From an uncultured delta proteobacterium (GTDB taxonomy: Bacteria; Myxococcota_A; Polyangia; Fen-1088): a DNA stretch of 64,000 nucleotides. Location: positions 1,440,001 through 1,504,000 of the forward strand of contig CAWCMR010000025.1 of the NCBI GenBank assembly GCA_963796685.1, given 5' to 3'. Below are positions 1-12,280 of this stretch, piece after piece (positions within the stretch are counted from its first letter, which is position 1; each line of letters begins with the position of its first letter). Position numbers and translations under genes: made by a program. Under the pieces are notes generated by a model that was given only the letters and a program-made list of their open reading frames with translations, did not search any database and was not told where the DNA came from.

Positions 1-134
1 AACATGGCAGTCTCGGGCTCCCTATTCTTGCATGGTTCGCCACATGTGATCCCTTGACGTACAGCGAGCACCCACTTGCGGGGCGCAAGCGCCGGCACTA
101 CCTTCTTCAGTGGGAATTTCCCTGCACGACGACC

Positions 135-2405
135 ATGGCGGAGAAGAGATCAGGCACGCGCTGTCGCGGCCCACGACTGGGGCTGCTTGCGGACGCCTTC
201 GACTACGAGTTCCAGATGCGGGTCTTGGGCGCGGCCGAGCGCGCGGCACGCGAGCACGGCCTGGACTTCGTCGCGGTCTCCGGCGGAGTTCTGGGCGTGG
301 ACCTGCGCGATCCCAAGCGCTTCGTCTACGATTTCATCGGACCCGATTGCGTGGATGCGCTGCTCATCTGCACCCACGTCATCGGACATCACTCGACGCT
401 GGCCGAGCTGACCGATTTCGTGGCGCGCTTCGATGGCGTGCCGCGGGTTTGCCTCGGGGTCGCGCTGGCGGGCGTGACGACCATGCTGATGGACAACGAG
501 ACCGGCATGTACAGCGCGGTCAAGCACCTGGTGGAGACGCACCACCTGCGTCGGATTGCCTTCGTGGCCGGACCGGAGGGCAGCGAGGAGGCGCAGGCGC
601 GCTACCGCGGCTACCGCCGCGCCCTGGCCGAGGGCAAGCTGGCGCTGGATCGACGCTACGTGGTCGCCGGCAACTTCACGCGCGAGTCCGGCGCGCGCGC
701 GGTCGCGGCCCTGTTCAGCGAGCGCGGCCTCGGGGCCGGCGATATCGATGCCATCGTGTGCGCCGATGATCTCATGGCCTTGGGTGCGCTCGAGGAGCTC
801 GACCGGCGGGGGCTCAACGTCCCCCGTCAGATCGCGCTGACGGGATTCGACGACACGGAATTTGCCCGCTACGCGCGTGTGCCGCTGACCACGGTTCGCC
901 AGCCCGTGGATGAGCAGGTTCGCCACGCGGTGGCGGTTCTGGCCGCGGCGGTGCACGGCTCGGAATCCGGGCAACAGGTGCTCACCTTCGAGACCGAGTT
1001 CGTCACGCGCCGCTCTTGCGGCTGTTCCGTGCACCATCGAGAAACCGTCCCCAGCCATGCCACGGCCGCCGAGGGAAAGGAGCTCGGGGTGGCCTTGCGC
1101 GCGCGGCGTGCCACCCTGGTGCGCGATCTCGACCACGCCTCGCACGGTGGGTTCGAATACATCGCGGAAGGCTGGGAGGATCGGCTCTTCGACTCGTTTC
1201 TCTTGCAGCTCAACGATCCCAGCCAGGAATCGTTCCTGGACTGCGTGGAGGGTATTTGCTACGAGCTGCTCAGGAATGGCAGCGAGGTGGGCGCCGCGCA
1301 GGACGTGCTGGTCGCCTTCAGGCGCCACATCATGGCCTGTGCCAGCGACGTGGACGTCCGCGCCCGCATCGAAGACCTGTTGCAAGAGGCGCTTCTGTCT
1401 GCCAGCGATCTGGCGGCCATCGCCCAGTCGCGCAGGCGCAGCGCCCTCATGGATCGCATGACCATGCTGGCCGAGACCACCGCGGCTTTGCTGGCCGCGC
1501 CCGATGTGAGCACGCTGGCGGAGACGGCCGCGCACCACCTGCCGGGTCTGGGCATCGGCGCGGGCGTGATCGCGCTCTTCACGCAGCCGGGAAAAGTCGG
1601 TGACGAGCTCGAAACCGCACTGGTCTTCACCGAGCAAGGCAAGCAACAAGCACCTGTCCGATACCGATCCCGGCTGCTGGCGCCATCGGACTTTCTCGAC
1701 GGTCGCTCGGTCGTCGTGGAGCCGCTCGGTTTTCGTGGCGAATGCCTCGGCCTGGCCCTGCTCGAGTATGGCGCCGCCGATTCGATGGTCTACGAGGACC
1801 TGCGCCTGGTCCTGGGCGCGGCCCTCAAGGGCGCCCAGCTCATTCGGGCGGTCGAGGACGCGCGCAAGGAGGTGGAGGCCCTGGCGGTCACCGATCCGCT
1901 CACCGGGCTGTACAATCGTCGTCACCTCATCCGTCGACTGGAGAGCGAGTTCGCACGCGCGCGTCGGCACATGCGCTGCATGAGCCTGATCGTCGTCGAC
2001 CTGGACGGCTTCAAGCAGGTCAACGATCAGCACGGCCACGACGCCGGTGACCGCGTGCTCTTGCGCGTGGCCGAACGCTTGCGCCGCAGCCTGCGCGAGT
2101 TCGATACCGTGGCTCGATACGGAGGCGACGAATTCGTGATCCTGCTGCCCGAGACGGACGGGGCCCAGGCGCGCGCAGCGGCCGAGCGCATTCGCCAGAG
2201 CGTGATCGGCGAGCCCATCGACAAGCAAGGCGTGGTGGGCGCCACCTTTGGCGTGGCGACCTTCGATCCCGCGACGATGAGCTTCGATCAGGAGGAGCTT
2301 CTGCGCCGGGCCGATCGCGCCCTGCTCATGGGCAAGCGCGCGGGCAAGGGGCGCATCCTGCACTTCGACGACTCGGTCACCCAGACCACTTGGCCATCCA
2401 TGTAA
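135..2405 (+). CDS. Diguanylate cyclase with N-terminal LacI-type periplasmic-binding-fold (sugar-sensing) domain
   Basis: LacI PBP motifs (RRIAFVAGP, R..GY, DAIVCADDLMALG, GFDD, LTTVRQP); C-terminal DPLTGLYNRR, DLDGFKQVND.HGHDAGD, RxxD I-site and GGDEF. ATG at 135 chosen within ORF 54..2405. Confidence 0.9.
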   Translation: MAEKRSGTRCRGPRLGLLADAFDYEFQMRVLGAAERAAREHGLDFVAVSGGVLGVDLRDPKRFVYDFIGPDCVDALLICTHVIGHHSTLAELTDFVARFDGVPRVCLGVALAGVTTMLMDNETGMYSAVKHLVETHHLRRIAFVAGPEGSEEAQARYRGYRRALAEGKLALDRRYVVAGNFTRESGARAVAALFSERGLGAGDIDAIVCADDLMALGALEELDRRGLNVPRQIALTGFDDTEFARYARVPLTTVRQPVDEQVRHAVAVLAAAVHGSESGQQVLTFETEFVTRRSCGCSVHHRETVPSHATAAEGKELGVALRARRATLVRDLDHASHGGFEYIAEGWEDRLFDSFLLQLNDPSQESFLDCVEGICYELLRNGSEVGAAQDVLVAFRRHIMACASDVDVRARIEDLLQEALLSASDLAAIAQSRRRSALMDRMTMLAETTAALLAAPDVSTLAETAAHHLPGLGIGAGVIALFTQPGKVGDELETALVFTEQGKQQAPVRYRSRLLAPSDFLDGRSVVVEPLGFRGECLGLALLEYGAADSMVYEDLRLVLGAALKGAQLIRAVEDARKEVEALAVTDPLTGLYNRRHLIRRLESEFARARRHMRCMSLIVVDLDGFKQVNDQHGHDAGDRVLLRVAERLRRSLREFDTVARYGGDEFVILLPETDGAQARAAAERIRQSVIGEPIDKQGVVGATFGVATFDPATMSFDQEELLRRADRALLMGKRAGKGRILHFDDSVTQTTWPSM

Positions 2406-2457
2406 ACACCATCGCCCGCCCTCGACGAGGCGGCGGTTCGTGTCGTAACCTTGGTCC

Positions 2458-2829
2458 ATGCACACGCTTCTTCACATCGCCATCCTGGCCATCACGGTTC
2501 TCGCCGTTGCGCGTTTCGTGCCCGACGTGGAGGTCAAAGGCGTCGGAACCGCCGTCGTGGTTTCAATCGTATTCAGCGTGCTCAACTTCTTCCTCGGCTG
2601 GGTGATTCACGCCGTGCTCTTCGTGCCGGCCTTGCTGACCCTGGGCTTGCTGTTCCTCTTCATCCCGTTCATCGTCAACACGACGATGCTGTGGCTCACG
2701 GACAAGCTCATCCGGGCCTTCGAAATCAAGAGCCTGCGCGCGCTGCTGACGTCGGCCGCCGCTATCACGATCGTGAACTGGCTCTTTCAAGCCGCCGTCC
2801 ACGGCCGCCATTTGCCCGGGTGGCGCTAA
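2458..2829 (+). CDS. YvlD/DUF360 (phage holin family) membrane protein
   Basis: 123 aa, about 4 TM helices, LLTLGLLFLFIPFIVN..MLWLTDKLI.AFEI pattern typical of the family. Confidence 0.75.
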   Translation: MHTLLHIAILAITVLAVARFVPDVEVKGVGTAVVVSIVFSVLNFFLGWVIHAVLFVPALLTLGLLFLFIPFIVNTTMLWLTDKLIRAFEIKSLRALLTSAAAITIVNWLFQAAVHGRHLPGWR

Positions 2830-2867
2830 CGGTCATGCGAACGGACCTTGGATCCGAACCTCTCTTT

Positions 2868-5800
2868 CTATTTCTGCGAGACGCTGGGGACGGGGTGCTG
2901 GAGCACCATGAGGGTTTGCACCGACTGCACCTCGTTGGCCTCGCGGGCAAAGACCTGGATGAGGTTGCTTCCCGGCCACAGGGGCACGTCGGTCTCGAAC
3001 GCCAGGCTCGTCTTTCCGCCCCGATTCGGCAGGTAGAAGACCTTCTTGGGCGGTAACTTGGACTCGCGATTCCACACCCGCACGTAGATGTCCTTGACCT
3101 CGGTGTTGTCGGTGGCGTTGCCCTTGATGTGGACCACGTTGCCGGTTGCCACGGTGGGGGCGCTGACCGTGAGCACGGGCGGGGTGGCGTCCCATTGTAG
3201 GCGGTAAGACGGACTGCCGCCCCCGCCGCGCGAGACATCCGCGGTCGACACGAAGGCCGGGCGGCCACTTTCCAGGTCGACGCGCTCGAAGCCAGTGAGC
3301 TTGCCGGTGGCGCGGAACGAGCTCCCTTTGTTGGCGTAACCGAGAAGAAGGGCGTCCGCCGAAGGCGATTCGCGCAAGGCCACGTTCGCCTTGTTGGCCG
3401 TCACCATGCCCTCGTCGGGCGTGGGCGCGGGCCCCGGCCCGGCAATCTTGATCTTGATCTTGTCCGAGATGGACTCGCCGAGCACGGTGTCGGCTACCAT
3501 CAGCTCGAGCTGATAGTCGCTGCCCGCATAGTCGTTGCCGACCTCGTACACGAACGAGAAATCCTTGGTCGCCCCCGGCGCCAAATCCTTGGCCTCGAAA
3601 CGCCCGGCGCTGATGAGAATGCCTTCCTGTCCGGCGCCGTTGCGCACGATGGCCTCGGTGTGCAGCGCCGTGCCCGCGCCGATGTTCTTGACTCTGACCA
3701 GGGTGCGCACGCGCTCGCCCTTCTGGACGCGGCCGTCATGGTTTCCGGCAACATCGTCGATGGTCTGGTACGTGTAGGCGAAAAGTGGGCGCGGCTTGCC
3801 CTCGATGTTGAGGGTCATCTCCGTGCCATTCGCGTGCAACTTTCCCTGCCCCATGAACTCCGCCCGGATCATGTCGGTGCGGGTGAGGCTGTTGCGCGGC
3901 ACCTTCACGGCCAGGTCGTAGGTCTTGCTGGCCCCCGGGGCAATCTTGCCGAACACCATTTCGTTTTCGTCGAAGAGCAGATTGTCGCTGTGAAGGACCG
4001 CGCGCACCCGGTACACCGTGGTGGCGCCGGTGTTCTTGACCGTGCCCCGGATCTTGATCGCCTGTCCTGCCCCGACCTTGGCATCGCCACCCAGAAGCGC
4101 GAGGGTAGCCTGGACGTCGCCTTCGGACGATGCCGGTCCCTGACTCCAGTCCACGCCCAGCTTTTCGAGGGCGAGTGACAGCTTCTTGTCTTGCTCCGCG
4201 CGCGCCTTGTCGATGAACTGCTTGGATTGGACCAACAACTCTTCGCGCCGCGGCGATTTGGCCTGGGCAACCAGATCGCGCGCCAGCTCGATGGGGTAGT
4301 CGATGCGCGCGTCATCGTCGGGCTCGTCGGCGTCGTCCTCGTCCGCATCGGCGTCCGGGTCGTCGTCGTCGGCATCGGCATGGTGGCGATCCTTGCCTGG
4401 CGGCGGAACGTAGAGGTACGACAGCGTCTCGAACGGCCGACTGCCCTTCTGCGCGTTGGGGTTTTGCAGATGCCACTCGTAGTCCGACTCCTGGCGCCTG
4501 CGCGTCGAGGGTTGCAGGCTGATCCATGCCTCGTCGCTCTTCTTCTCGACGCGCATGCGGTCGAGCTCGATGTCCGGGGTCACGCCCACGCCTTGGATCG
4601 AAACGTCACCCGGCGTGAGGTACTGCGCGGTGGTGAGCTTGAGGCCGAGCTTGTCGTCCTCGCTGTGCTTGCCGAAGGGTACCGGCGAGGGGATATCGAA
4701 CAGCATCTGCACCGAGCCCTTGCCGAAGGTCGTCTCACCGATGATGACGCCGCGGTCGAGATTCTTGAGCGCGCCGGCGACGATTTCGGAGGCGCTGGCC
4801 GAGGTCTGGCTGACCAGCACCGCGAGCGGCAGCTTGGTGTCTCCGTTGCGGGTGGCGTGCTCGTCCTTGCGTTGCGACCCGCCGGGACCGACCATGGAAA
4901 CCAGCACGCCCGAATCGATGAAGGCATCGGCCACCTTCTGCGCTTGGTCGTAAAGACCGCCGGGATTGCCGCGCAAATCCATGACCAGGCCCTTGACCTT
5001 CTCATGCTCGAAGTAGCTCATGGCCTTGGTCAAGTCGGACTCGGTGTTGGCGGAAAAGCTGACGATGCGGAAGTAGCCGACTTTCGTCGCCGGTTGGTTA
5101 CCCGCGGCAGGCACCGTCAAGATGCGCGGCGGCGGATCGATGGCCGGCGGACGAATATAGTCGCGAACGATGGTGAATTTCTTGGGCGTCTGCAATCCTG
5201 CGCGATCGATGTAGACATCGACGGGCGAGCCCACGTCGCCGCGCAGCCGGTCCACCGCTTCCTGCAAGGTCATGTTCATGGTGGATTCGTTGTTGATGCG
5301 GACGATGTGGTCCTTGGCCTTGAGGCCGATGCGCATGGCCGGTGTGTCGGGCATGGGCTTCTTGACCGTGATGCGCCCCTTGCGATCCATCTCGATGACG
5401 ATGCCGAGACCGCCGAACTTGCCCTGGGTCGTGGTGCGCATGTCCTTGAAGCTGTCGACATCGAGCAACACCGAGTGCGGGTCGAGGGTGTAGAGCATGC
5501 CGTTGGTCGCGGTCATTTCGATGTCGACCAGGTGGCGTGCCCGATCCTTGCTCGGCACGGGGCGCAAACGCGGCTCGATGAATGCGAAGATGTCCTTGAT
5601 CGTGCTGCGCAGGCTCCAGGGCGAGTCCACGCGCTCGATGGAAAACACCTTCTGCTCGCCGTTGACCTTGACCGTCACCTGTTTGGGGTCGCGTTCGGGA
5701 AAGCGGTCGACCAGAATCTCCGGGACATCGCGCTGCAAGAAATCCAGCGCGCCCACCAGCATGCGCTTGGGGTCGGGGCGGGTGCGATCGAAGTACTGAC

Positions 5801-5993
5801 TGTTCACATAGTACAGGGTCTTGCTGAAGATCTGAGCTTGCGCGAGATCGTACCCCCCCTCGTCGGAGTGCACCGCCGCGCTCAGCGACGGTTCGGCGGC
5901 CAGGCGGATGTCCTGACCGCGGTGCTCGATAGTCAGGATCAGGGCGAGGGCAGAGACACCCACCAATACAATCAGCTTGCGGAAGCGGTGCAT
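2868..5993 (-). CDS. C-terminal processing protease (S41, PDZ), MXAN_5808-like, with C-terminal Ig-like/SH3-like extension
   Basis: LDPHS, FGGLGI (PDZ), DLRGNPGG, SASASEIVAGAL, GETTFGKGSVQ, TTAQYLTP; N-terminal signal/anchor after MHRFRK; start uncertain (ORF extends to 6047). Confidence 0.88.
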   Translation of the reverse strand: MHRFRKLIVLVGVSALALILTIEHRGQDIRLAAEPSLSAAVHSDEGGYDLAQAQIFSKTLYYVNSQYFDRTRPDPKRMLVGALDFLQRDVPEILVDRFPERDPKQVTVKVNGEQKVFSIERVDSPWSLRSTIKDIFAFIEPRLRPVPSKDRARHLVDIEMTATNGMLYTLDPHSVLLDVDSFKDMRTTTQGKFGGLGIVIEMDRKGRITVKKPMPDTPAMRIGLKAKDHIVRINNESTMNMTLQEAVDRLRGDVGSPVDVYIDRAGLQTPKKFTIVRDYIRPPAIDPPPRILTVPAAGNQPATKVGYFRIVSFSANTESDLTKAMSYFEHEKVKGLVMDLRGNPGGLYDQAQKVADAFIDSGVLVSMVGPGGSQRKDEHATRNGDTKLPLAVLVSQTSASASEIVAGALKNLDRGVIIGETTFGKGSVQMLFDIPSPVPFGKHSEDDKLGLKLTTAQYLTPGDVSIQGVGVTPDIELDRMRVEKKSDEAWISLQPSTRRRQESDYEWHLQNPNAQKGSRPFETLSYLYVPPPGKDRHHADADDDDPDADADEDDADEPDDDARIDYPIELARDLVAQAKSPRREELLVQSKQFIDKARAEQDKKLSLALEKLGVDWSQGPASSEGDVQATLALLGGDAKVGAGQAIKIRGTVKNTGATTVYRVRAVLHSDNLLFDENEMVFGKIAPGASKTYDLAVKVPRNSLTRTDMIRAEFMGQGKLHANGTEMTLNIEGKPRPLFAYTYQTIDDVAGNHDGRVQKGERVRTLVRVKNIGAGTALHTEAIVRNGAGQEGILISAGRFEAKDLAPGATKDFSFVYEVGNDYAGSDYQLELMVADTVLGESISDKIKIKIAGPGPAPTPDEGMVTANKANVALRESPSADALLLGYANKGSSFRATGKLTGFERVDLESGRPAFVSTADVSRGGGGSPSYRLQWDATPPVLTVSAPTVATGNVVHIKGNATDNTEVKDIYVRVWNRESKLPPKKVFYLPNRGGKTSLAFETDVPLWPGSNLIQVFAREANEVQSVQTLMVLQHPVPSVSQK

Positions 5994-6195
5994 GAACGAC
6001 TCCGAGTTCTCCGGGGCGTGCGGCTTTGGGCCGTCGATGAGATCCATTGTGGAATGGCGGATGATAGCAAGAGGTAGCCCCCGCGTCGCTGGATTGTGAT
6101 GAGAACCCTCGGGAAGGTTTGCTCCAGGAGGGTTCGTTTCGGCCTCGGCAACGCCAGTCCGCCCTGCCCCCCCGCGCCACAGCGACGAAGTCGGC

Positions 6196-6215
6196 GGGCG
6201 AAGCCGGCTTCGCCC
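6196..6215. terminator. Perfect 20-bp palindrome GGGCGAAGCCGGCTTCGCCC, likely hairpin/terminator after the HDOD-GGDEF gene
   Basis: Seen directly just past the stop codon of 6225..7769(-); no clear U-tract. Confidence 0.4.
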
Positions 6216-6224
6216 ATGCGGTCG

Positions 6225-7769
6225 TTAGCTCGAACGTGTGGAGCTCGGGCGGAGAGGTACCTTGGGCAACTCCGGATCCGACCCTGCCACCACCAGGTTC
6301 CGCCCGCCGCGCTTGGCCGCGTACAGGGCCATGTCGGCACTGGCCAGCAGCATTTCCCCCGTGGCGGTGGATCCAGGTTGCAAGGTGGCGTGGCCGGCGG
6401 ACGTGGTCACGCGCAGGACCGAGCCCCCGCCAATCTCATGGACCGCCTCGGCCACCCGGCGGCGCAGGCGCTCGGCCACGATGGCCGCCCCCGGTGCGTC
6501 GGTGCTTGGCAGAAGCAGGACGAACTCTTCCCCGCCATAGCGGGCGGTGATGTCGGTGGGGCGCATGCGGCCGCCCAGGACCTTGGCAACCCCGGTAAGC
6601 ACCTTGTCGCCCGCTTGGTGGCCGTAGGTGTCGTTCACGTTCTTGAAGTGATCGATGTCGAAGAGAATGAGGCTCAGCGGCGCGCGCTCGACCGACGCCT
6701 GCGCGACTTTCTGGACGAGGGCATGGTCGAAATAGCCCCGGTTGTAGAGTCCGGTCATGCCATCGCGGTGCGCCTCGTGCTCGAGGGACTTGGCCTTGGC
6801 TTCCAGCGAACCCATGGCTTCCCTGGCGTCGTGGACTTGGCGATTGGCCGCGAGCGCCAGGATGAGCAGGGTTTCCTTGGCCTGGTCCAGGATGCCCGAG
6901 AGCTCCTCGGGCGAGCCGATCTCCATGTCGAAGTAGTCGGCCACCTCCTCACTTCGTATCGCCACTTGGCACAAGGTCGCGTCCAACCTGAGGTCGTCGA
7001 TCTGCAACAGGCGCGAGGAGGTGGTCCGGAGGGCCTTCATCGCCTCCGCGGCGTCGGCCTCGATCCACACGTCGGCCACCTCGCCCGAGATGGCTACCAG
7101 GCGCACCAGGTGGGCGATGTCCGCGTGCGTGCCTTCGGGCAGGTTCTCGGGGGCGTGGCTGCCCGCGATGGCCGCGCACAGGCTCTCCGGCAGTTTCCAG
7201 CGCTCGGCCAACCAGGCGCCGACGGACGCGTGATCTTCGCCGAAAAGCGCCCGTTCGCCGTCGGCCAGGGCAGTATGGCGGATCCCGGGGCGCGCCAAGG
7301 TCGTGTACTCGGTGCCCGCCAGTTGGCGCATGGCCAAGATGCCGATGTCCTGCAAGAGCGCCCCCAGAAAGGCTTCCTCGCCCAGGCGATAGTTGGAGGC
7401 GGCGGCCAGCTCGCGGGCGGCCACGGCCGACAACAAGGAGCGCTTCCAGAACCAGGTAAGCGCCTTCCTGTCGCGGCTCTGCAATCCCTTGACCAGGGAG
7501 AAGGACAAGGCCAGCGGACGAACTGCCGACAGGCCGAGAAGGCAGATGGCGTGAGAAACCGTGCGCACTTGGCACTTGAGGCCGTACATGGGCGAGTTGG
7601 TCAGCCGCAGAATCTTGGCCGACAGGGCCGGATCGCTGCCGATGAGCTTCGCGATCTCGCCCATGTCGGGCTCGTCGCGCTGGCACAGGTCCAGGATTTG
7701 GATCGCGACCGCCGGCATGCTCGGCAGGTCGGCGCATTTCGCAAGCTTTTCCCGGACACCCATGCCCAT
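6225..7769 (-). CDS. HDOD-domain diguanylate cyclase
   Basis: LPSMPAVA, DPALSAKILRLTNSP, ALLQDIG, WKLP (HDOD); DGMTGLYNR, DIDHFKNVND, RPTD I-site, GGEEF. Confidence 0.92.
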   Translation of the reverse strand: MGMGVREKLAKCADLPSMPAVAIQILDLCQRDEPDMGEIAKLIGSDPALSAKILRLTNSPMYGLKCQVRTVSHAICLLGLSAVRPLALSFSLVKGLQSRDRKALTWFWKRSLLSAVAARELAAASNYRLGEEAFLGALLQDIGILAMRQLAGTEYTTLARPGIRHTALADGERALFGEDHASVGAWLAERWKLPESLCAAIAGSHAPENLPEGTHADIAHLVRLVAISGEVADVWIEADAAEAMKALRTTSSRLLQIDDLRLDATLCQVAIRSEEVADYFDMEIGSPEELSGILDQAKETLLILALAANRQVHDAREAMGSLEAKAKSLEHEAHRDGMTGLYNRGYFDHALVQKVAQASVERAPLSLILFDIDHFKNVNDTYGHQAGDKVLTGVAKVLGGRMRPTDITARYGGEEFVLLLPSTDAPGAAIVAERLRRRVAEAVHEIGGGSVLRVTTSAGHATLQPGSTATGEMLLASADMALYAAKRGGRNLVVAGSDPELPKVPLRPSSTRSS

Positions 7770-7865
7770 GGTCTGAAGTGAATACTCGACAGGCTGTCGG
7801 GGCTTCTGTAGGCGAGTTCGCAGACGGCTGGGCGTGCCGGCACAAGCAGGCTATGCTCGGCCGCG

Positions 7866-9116
7866 ATGACCGAGCCACAGAAGACCACCGAGCACGTCCA
7901 CTTCATGCGACAGTTGCGGCTATTTCTCGAAGAGATCTGCTGCGAGATATGCCGTTTCCAGGTGGTCGGGCATCATGACCTCGGCGCCGAGGGCGTGCGC
8001 ATCTCGCGCGAGGTCGACCTGGGCGTGCCGGGAGCCTTCGCCGACGTGGTGGTGCGCGCGCCGGGCCGCCCGCCTTTCTTCGTCGAGGTAAAATACGGGT
8101 ACGCAGGCGACCGCATGGTCGAGCACTTCATCCGCAAGTACCAGCAGCCTTCGCCGCTGGTGCCGGACGCCGATCGCATCATCGTGGTGGTCGACCGGGC
8201 GGAGCGTTCGGACTGGACGCAACTCGAGTCGCGCTTGCGTCAGGTGACGCACCCGGCGCTCAGGTTGGAGTTCTGGGACGAAGGCCGCCTGCAAGAGCTG
8301 GTGGCCGAGTGCTTCGGCGTGAAGCTGGGGGAGGTGAGCAACGACGGACTCAACGAGCTACGCAACGCCATCGACGACATCAAATGGCGCTGGGCCTTCG
8401 GCGAACGCCACGTCGAAAGCCCACTCAAGACCTCGCTGCTGTGGCATTTCGGTTACTCGCGCCTGCTTCAGCTGCACAAGGTGCACAAGTTCGCGCCCGA
8501 GCAAATCCTGCCGGCGCGCCGGTTCCGCAACGCCGTGGTCTTGCTGGCCGACCTCTCGTCGTTCTCCAGCTTCGTGCGCGACACGCGCGACGACGAGGTC
8601 ATGCGCAACGCCTTAACCACGTTCTACTCGAACTCGCGCTACGCCGTGATCAACACGGGCGGCATGATGGTCCAGTTCGTGGGCGACGAGGTGCTGGCCC
8701 TGTTCGGCGTTCCCGACGTGCAGGACGGGTACGTCCAACGCGCCCTCGAATGCGCGCGCTCGCTGCTCCAGATCGGCAGCTCGGTGTCCAACCGGTGGCA
8801 GCGCGAGATCGATCGCATCCAACCCTCGGGCGGCGTGCACATCGGCATGGCCATGGGCGACATCCAGTCCGTGCTGTACCGTCCGTTCTGCCGCAGCCAC
8901 GTCGGCATCGTGGGCGACGCCGTCAACCTTGCCGCGCGCCTTCTGGCCCAGGCCGCGACCGACGAGATCGTCGTGTCCAACACCTACTTCCAGACCATGC
9001 CCGACCGCGACCAGCTCGGCTTCCAGGAAATGGAGCCTCTCGAGGCCAAGAACGTCGGTCTCATCAAGGCGTGGAAGCTCGAACAGCGGTCGAGCTACTC
9101 GACGCGCGGGGCGTGA
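7866..9116 (+). CDS. PD-(D/E)xK (Mrr-like) domain fused to class III adenylate/guanylate-cyclase-like domain
   Basis: N-term FADVVV...FFVEVK and LEFWDEGRLQELV; C-term LLADLSSFS, QFVGDEVLALFG, GDAVNLAARL, KNVG. Confidence 0.8.
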   Translation: MTEPQKTTEHVHFMRQLRLFLEEICCEICRFQVVGHHDLGAEGVRISREVDLGVPGAFADVVVRAPGRPPFFVEVKYGYAGDRMVEHFIRKYQQPSPLVPDADRIIVVVDRAERSDWTQLESRLRQVTHPALRLEFWDEGRLQELVAECFGVKLGEVSNDGLNELRNAIDDIKWRWAFGERHVESPLKTSLLWHFGYSRLLQLHKVHKFAPEQILPARRFRNAVVLLADLSSFSSFVRDTRDDEVMRNALTTFYSNSRYAVINTGGMMVQFVGDEVLALFGVPDVQDGYVQRALECARSLLQIGSSVSNRWQREIDRIQPSGGVHIGMAMGDIQSVLYRPFCRSHVGIVGDAVNLAARLLAQAATDEIVVSNTYFQTMPDRDQLGFQEMEPLEAKNVGLIKAWKLEQRSSYSTRGA

Positions 9117-9129
9117 CGGCGGAGCATCG

Positions 9130-9642
9130 TTACTTCTCAATCACCCCGCAGGCGATACGGGCGCCCGCGTTTCCCGCCGGATCGCTCTTCATGTCGTCGG
9201 CCTTGGCGTGGATGACGATGGCGGTGCCGCCATTGCCGTAAAGAGAGTTTGCGCCACTGCCGAGATCGACGCTCTTGTTGGCGATGGTGGCCTTGGCGTT
9301 GCCCTTGGCGTCGGCGGTGAAGTTGAGCATGTCGCCGGCGTGGTGGCCTTTGGGATTCTCGAGACCGTGCTCTTTGCCATCGGGATTGAAGTGGCCCCCG
9401 GCCGACTTGAAATCCGGGGGATCGCATTTCGCGGTTTGATGGAAGTGAATGGCGTGCTCGCCGGGAGGCAGTCCGTGGAGATCCAGCTTGAGGATGACGC
9501 CCGAACCGGCGGACTTGATATGGACGGCTCCAACATCTTTGCCGTCTGTGTTCTTGAGCTTGACCGTGACCCCGTTTGCCTTGGCGCTGGCTGTGGACGA
9601 CACCAACGTAAACAGGAAGAGAAAGACGATGGGAGTGCGCAT
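9130..9642 (-). CDS. sodC: Cu/Zn superoxide dismutase
   Basis: Signal peptide; [34 protein letters not shown]. Confidence 0.93.
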   Translation of the reverse strand: MRTPIVFLFLFTLVSSTASAKANGVTVKLKNTDGKDVGAVHIKSAGSGVILKLDLHGLPPGEHAIHFHQTAKCDPPDFKSAGGHFNPDGKEHGLENPKGHHAGDMLNFTADAKGNAKATIANKSVDLGSGANSLYGNGGTAIVIHAKADDMKSDPAGNAGARIACGVIEK

Positions 9643-9705
9643 GGTGGGCTAGCCTAGCGCGGATAGGGTGCTCGTCCAGGCCGGCGATTTTCGACCCCGG
9701 CCGAG

Positions 9706-12093
<2,388 letters not shown>

Positions 12094-12138
12094 GCCGTCA
12101 GAATATCAGCAGCCCATGCGCCTGTCAGGAAGCCCCCT

Positions 12139-12264
12139 CACCACCAAGCGTTCAAAGCCCACCACATCGGGTGGTGAAATTCTAACACCTACCAGTTCAT
12201 ACATCTGGCAGTTATAGTTATTTCCAGTAGTTACGCTTCACGCCACGCTGGAGCGTACATTGCT
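12139..12264 (+). promoter_or_regulatory. Putative sigma54 promoter with upstream palindromic enhancer
   Basis: TGGAGCGTACATTGCT (GG 12250-51, GC 12262-63); palindrome CACCAC-N5-GTGGTG at 12160-12176 plus CACCAC half-site at 12139; AT-rich spacer between them. Confidence 0.6.
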
Positions 12265-12280
12265 TGAGAGTGTCTTCGCC

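Noticed and set aside
2458-2829. Holin suggesting a prophage
   Set aside because: The YvlD/DUF360 family is commonly chromosomal; no endolysin, structural or integrase genes nearby.
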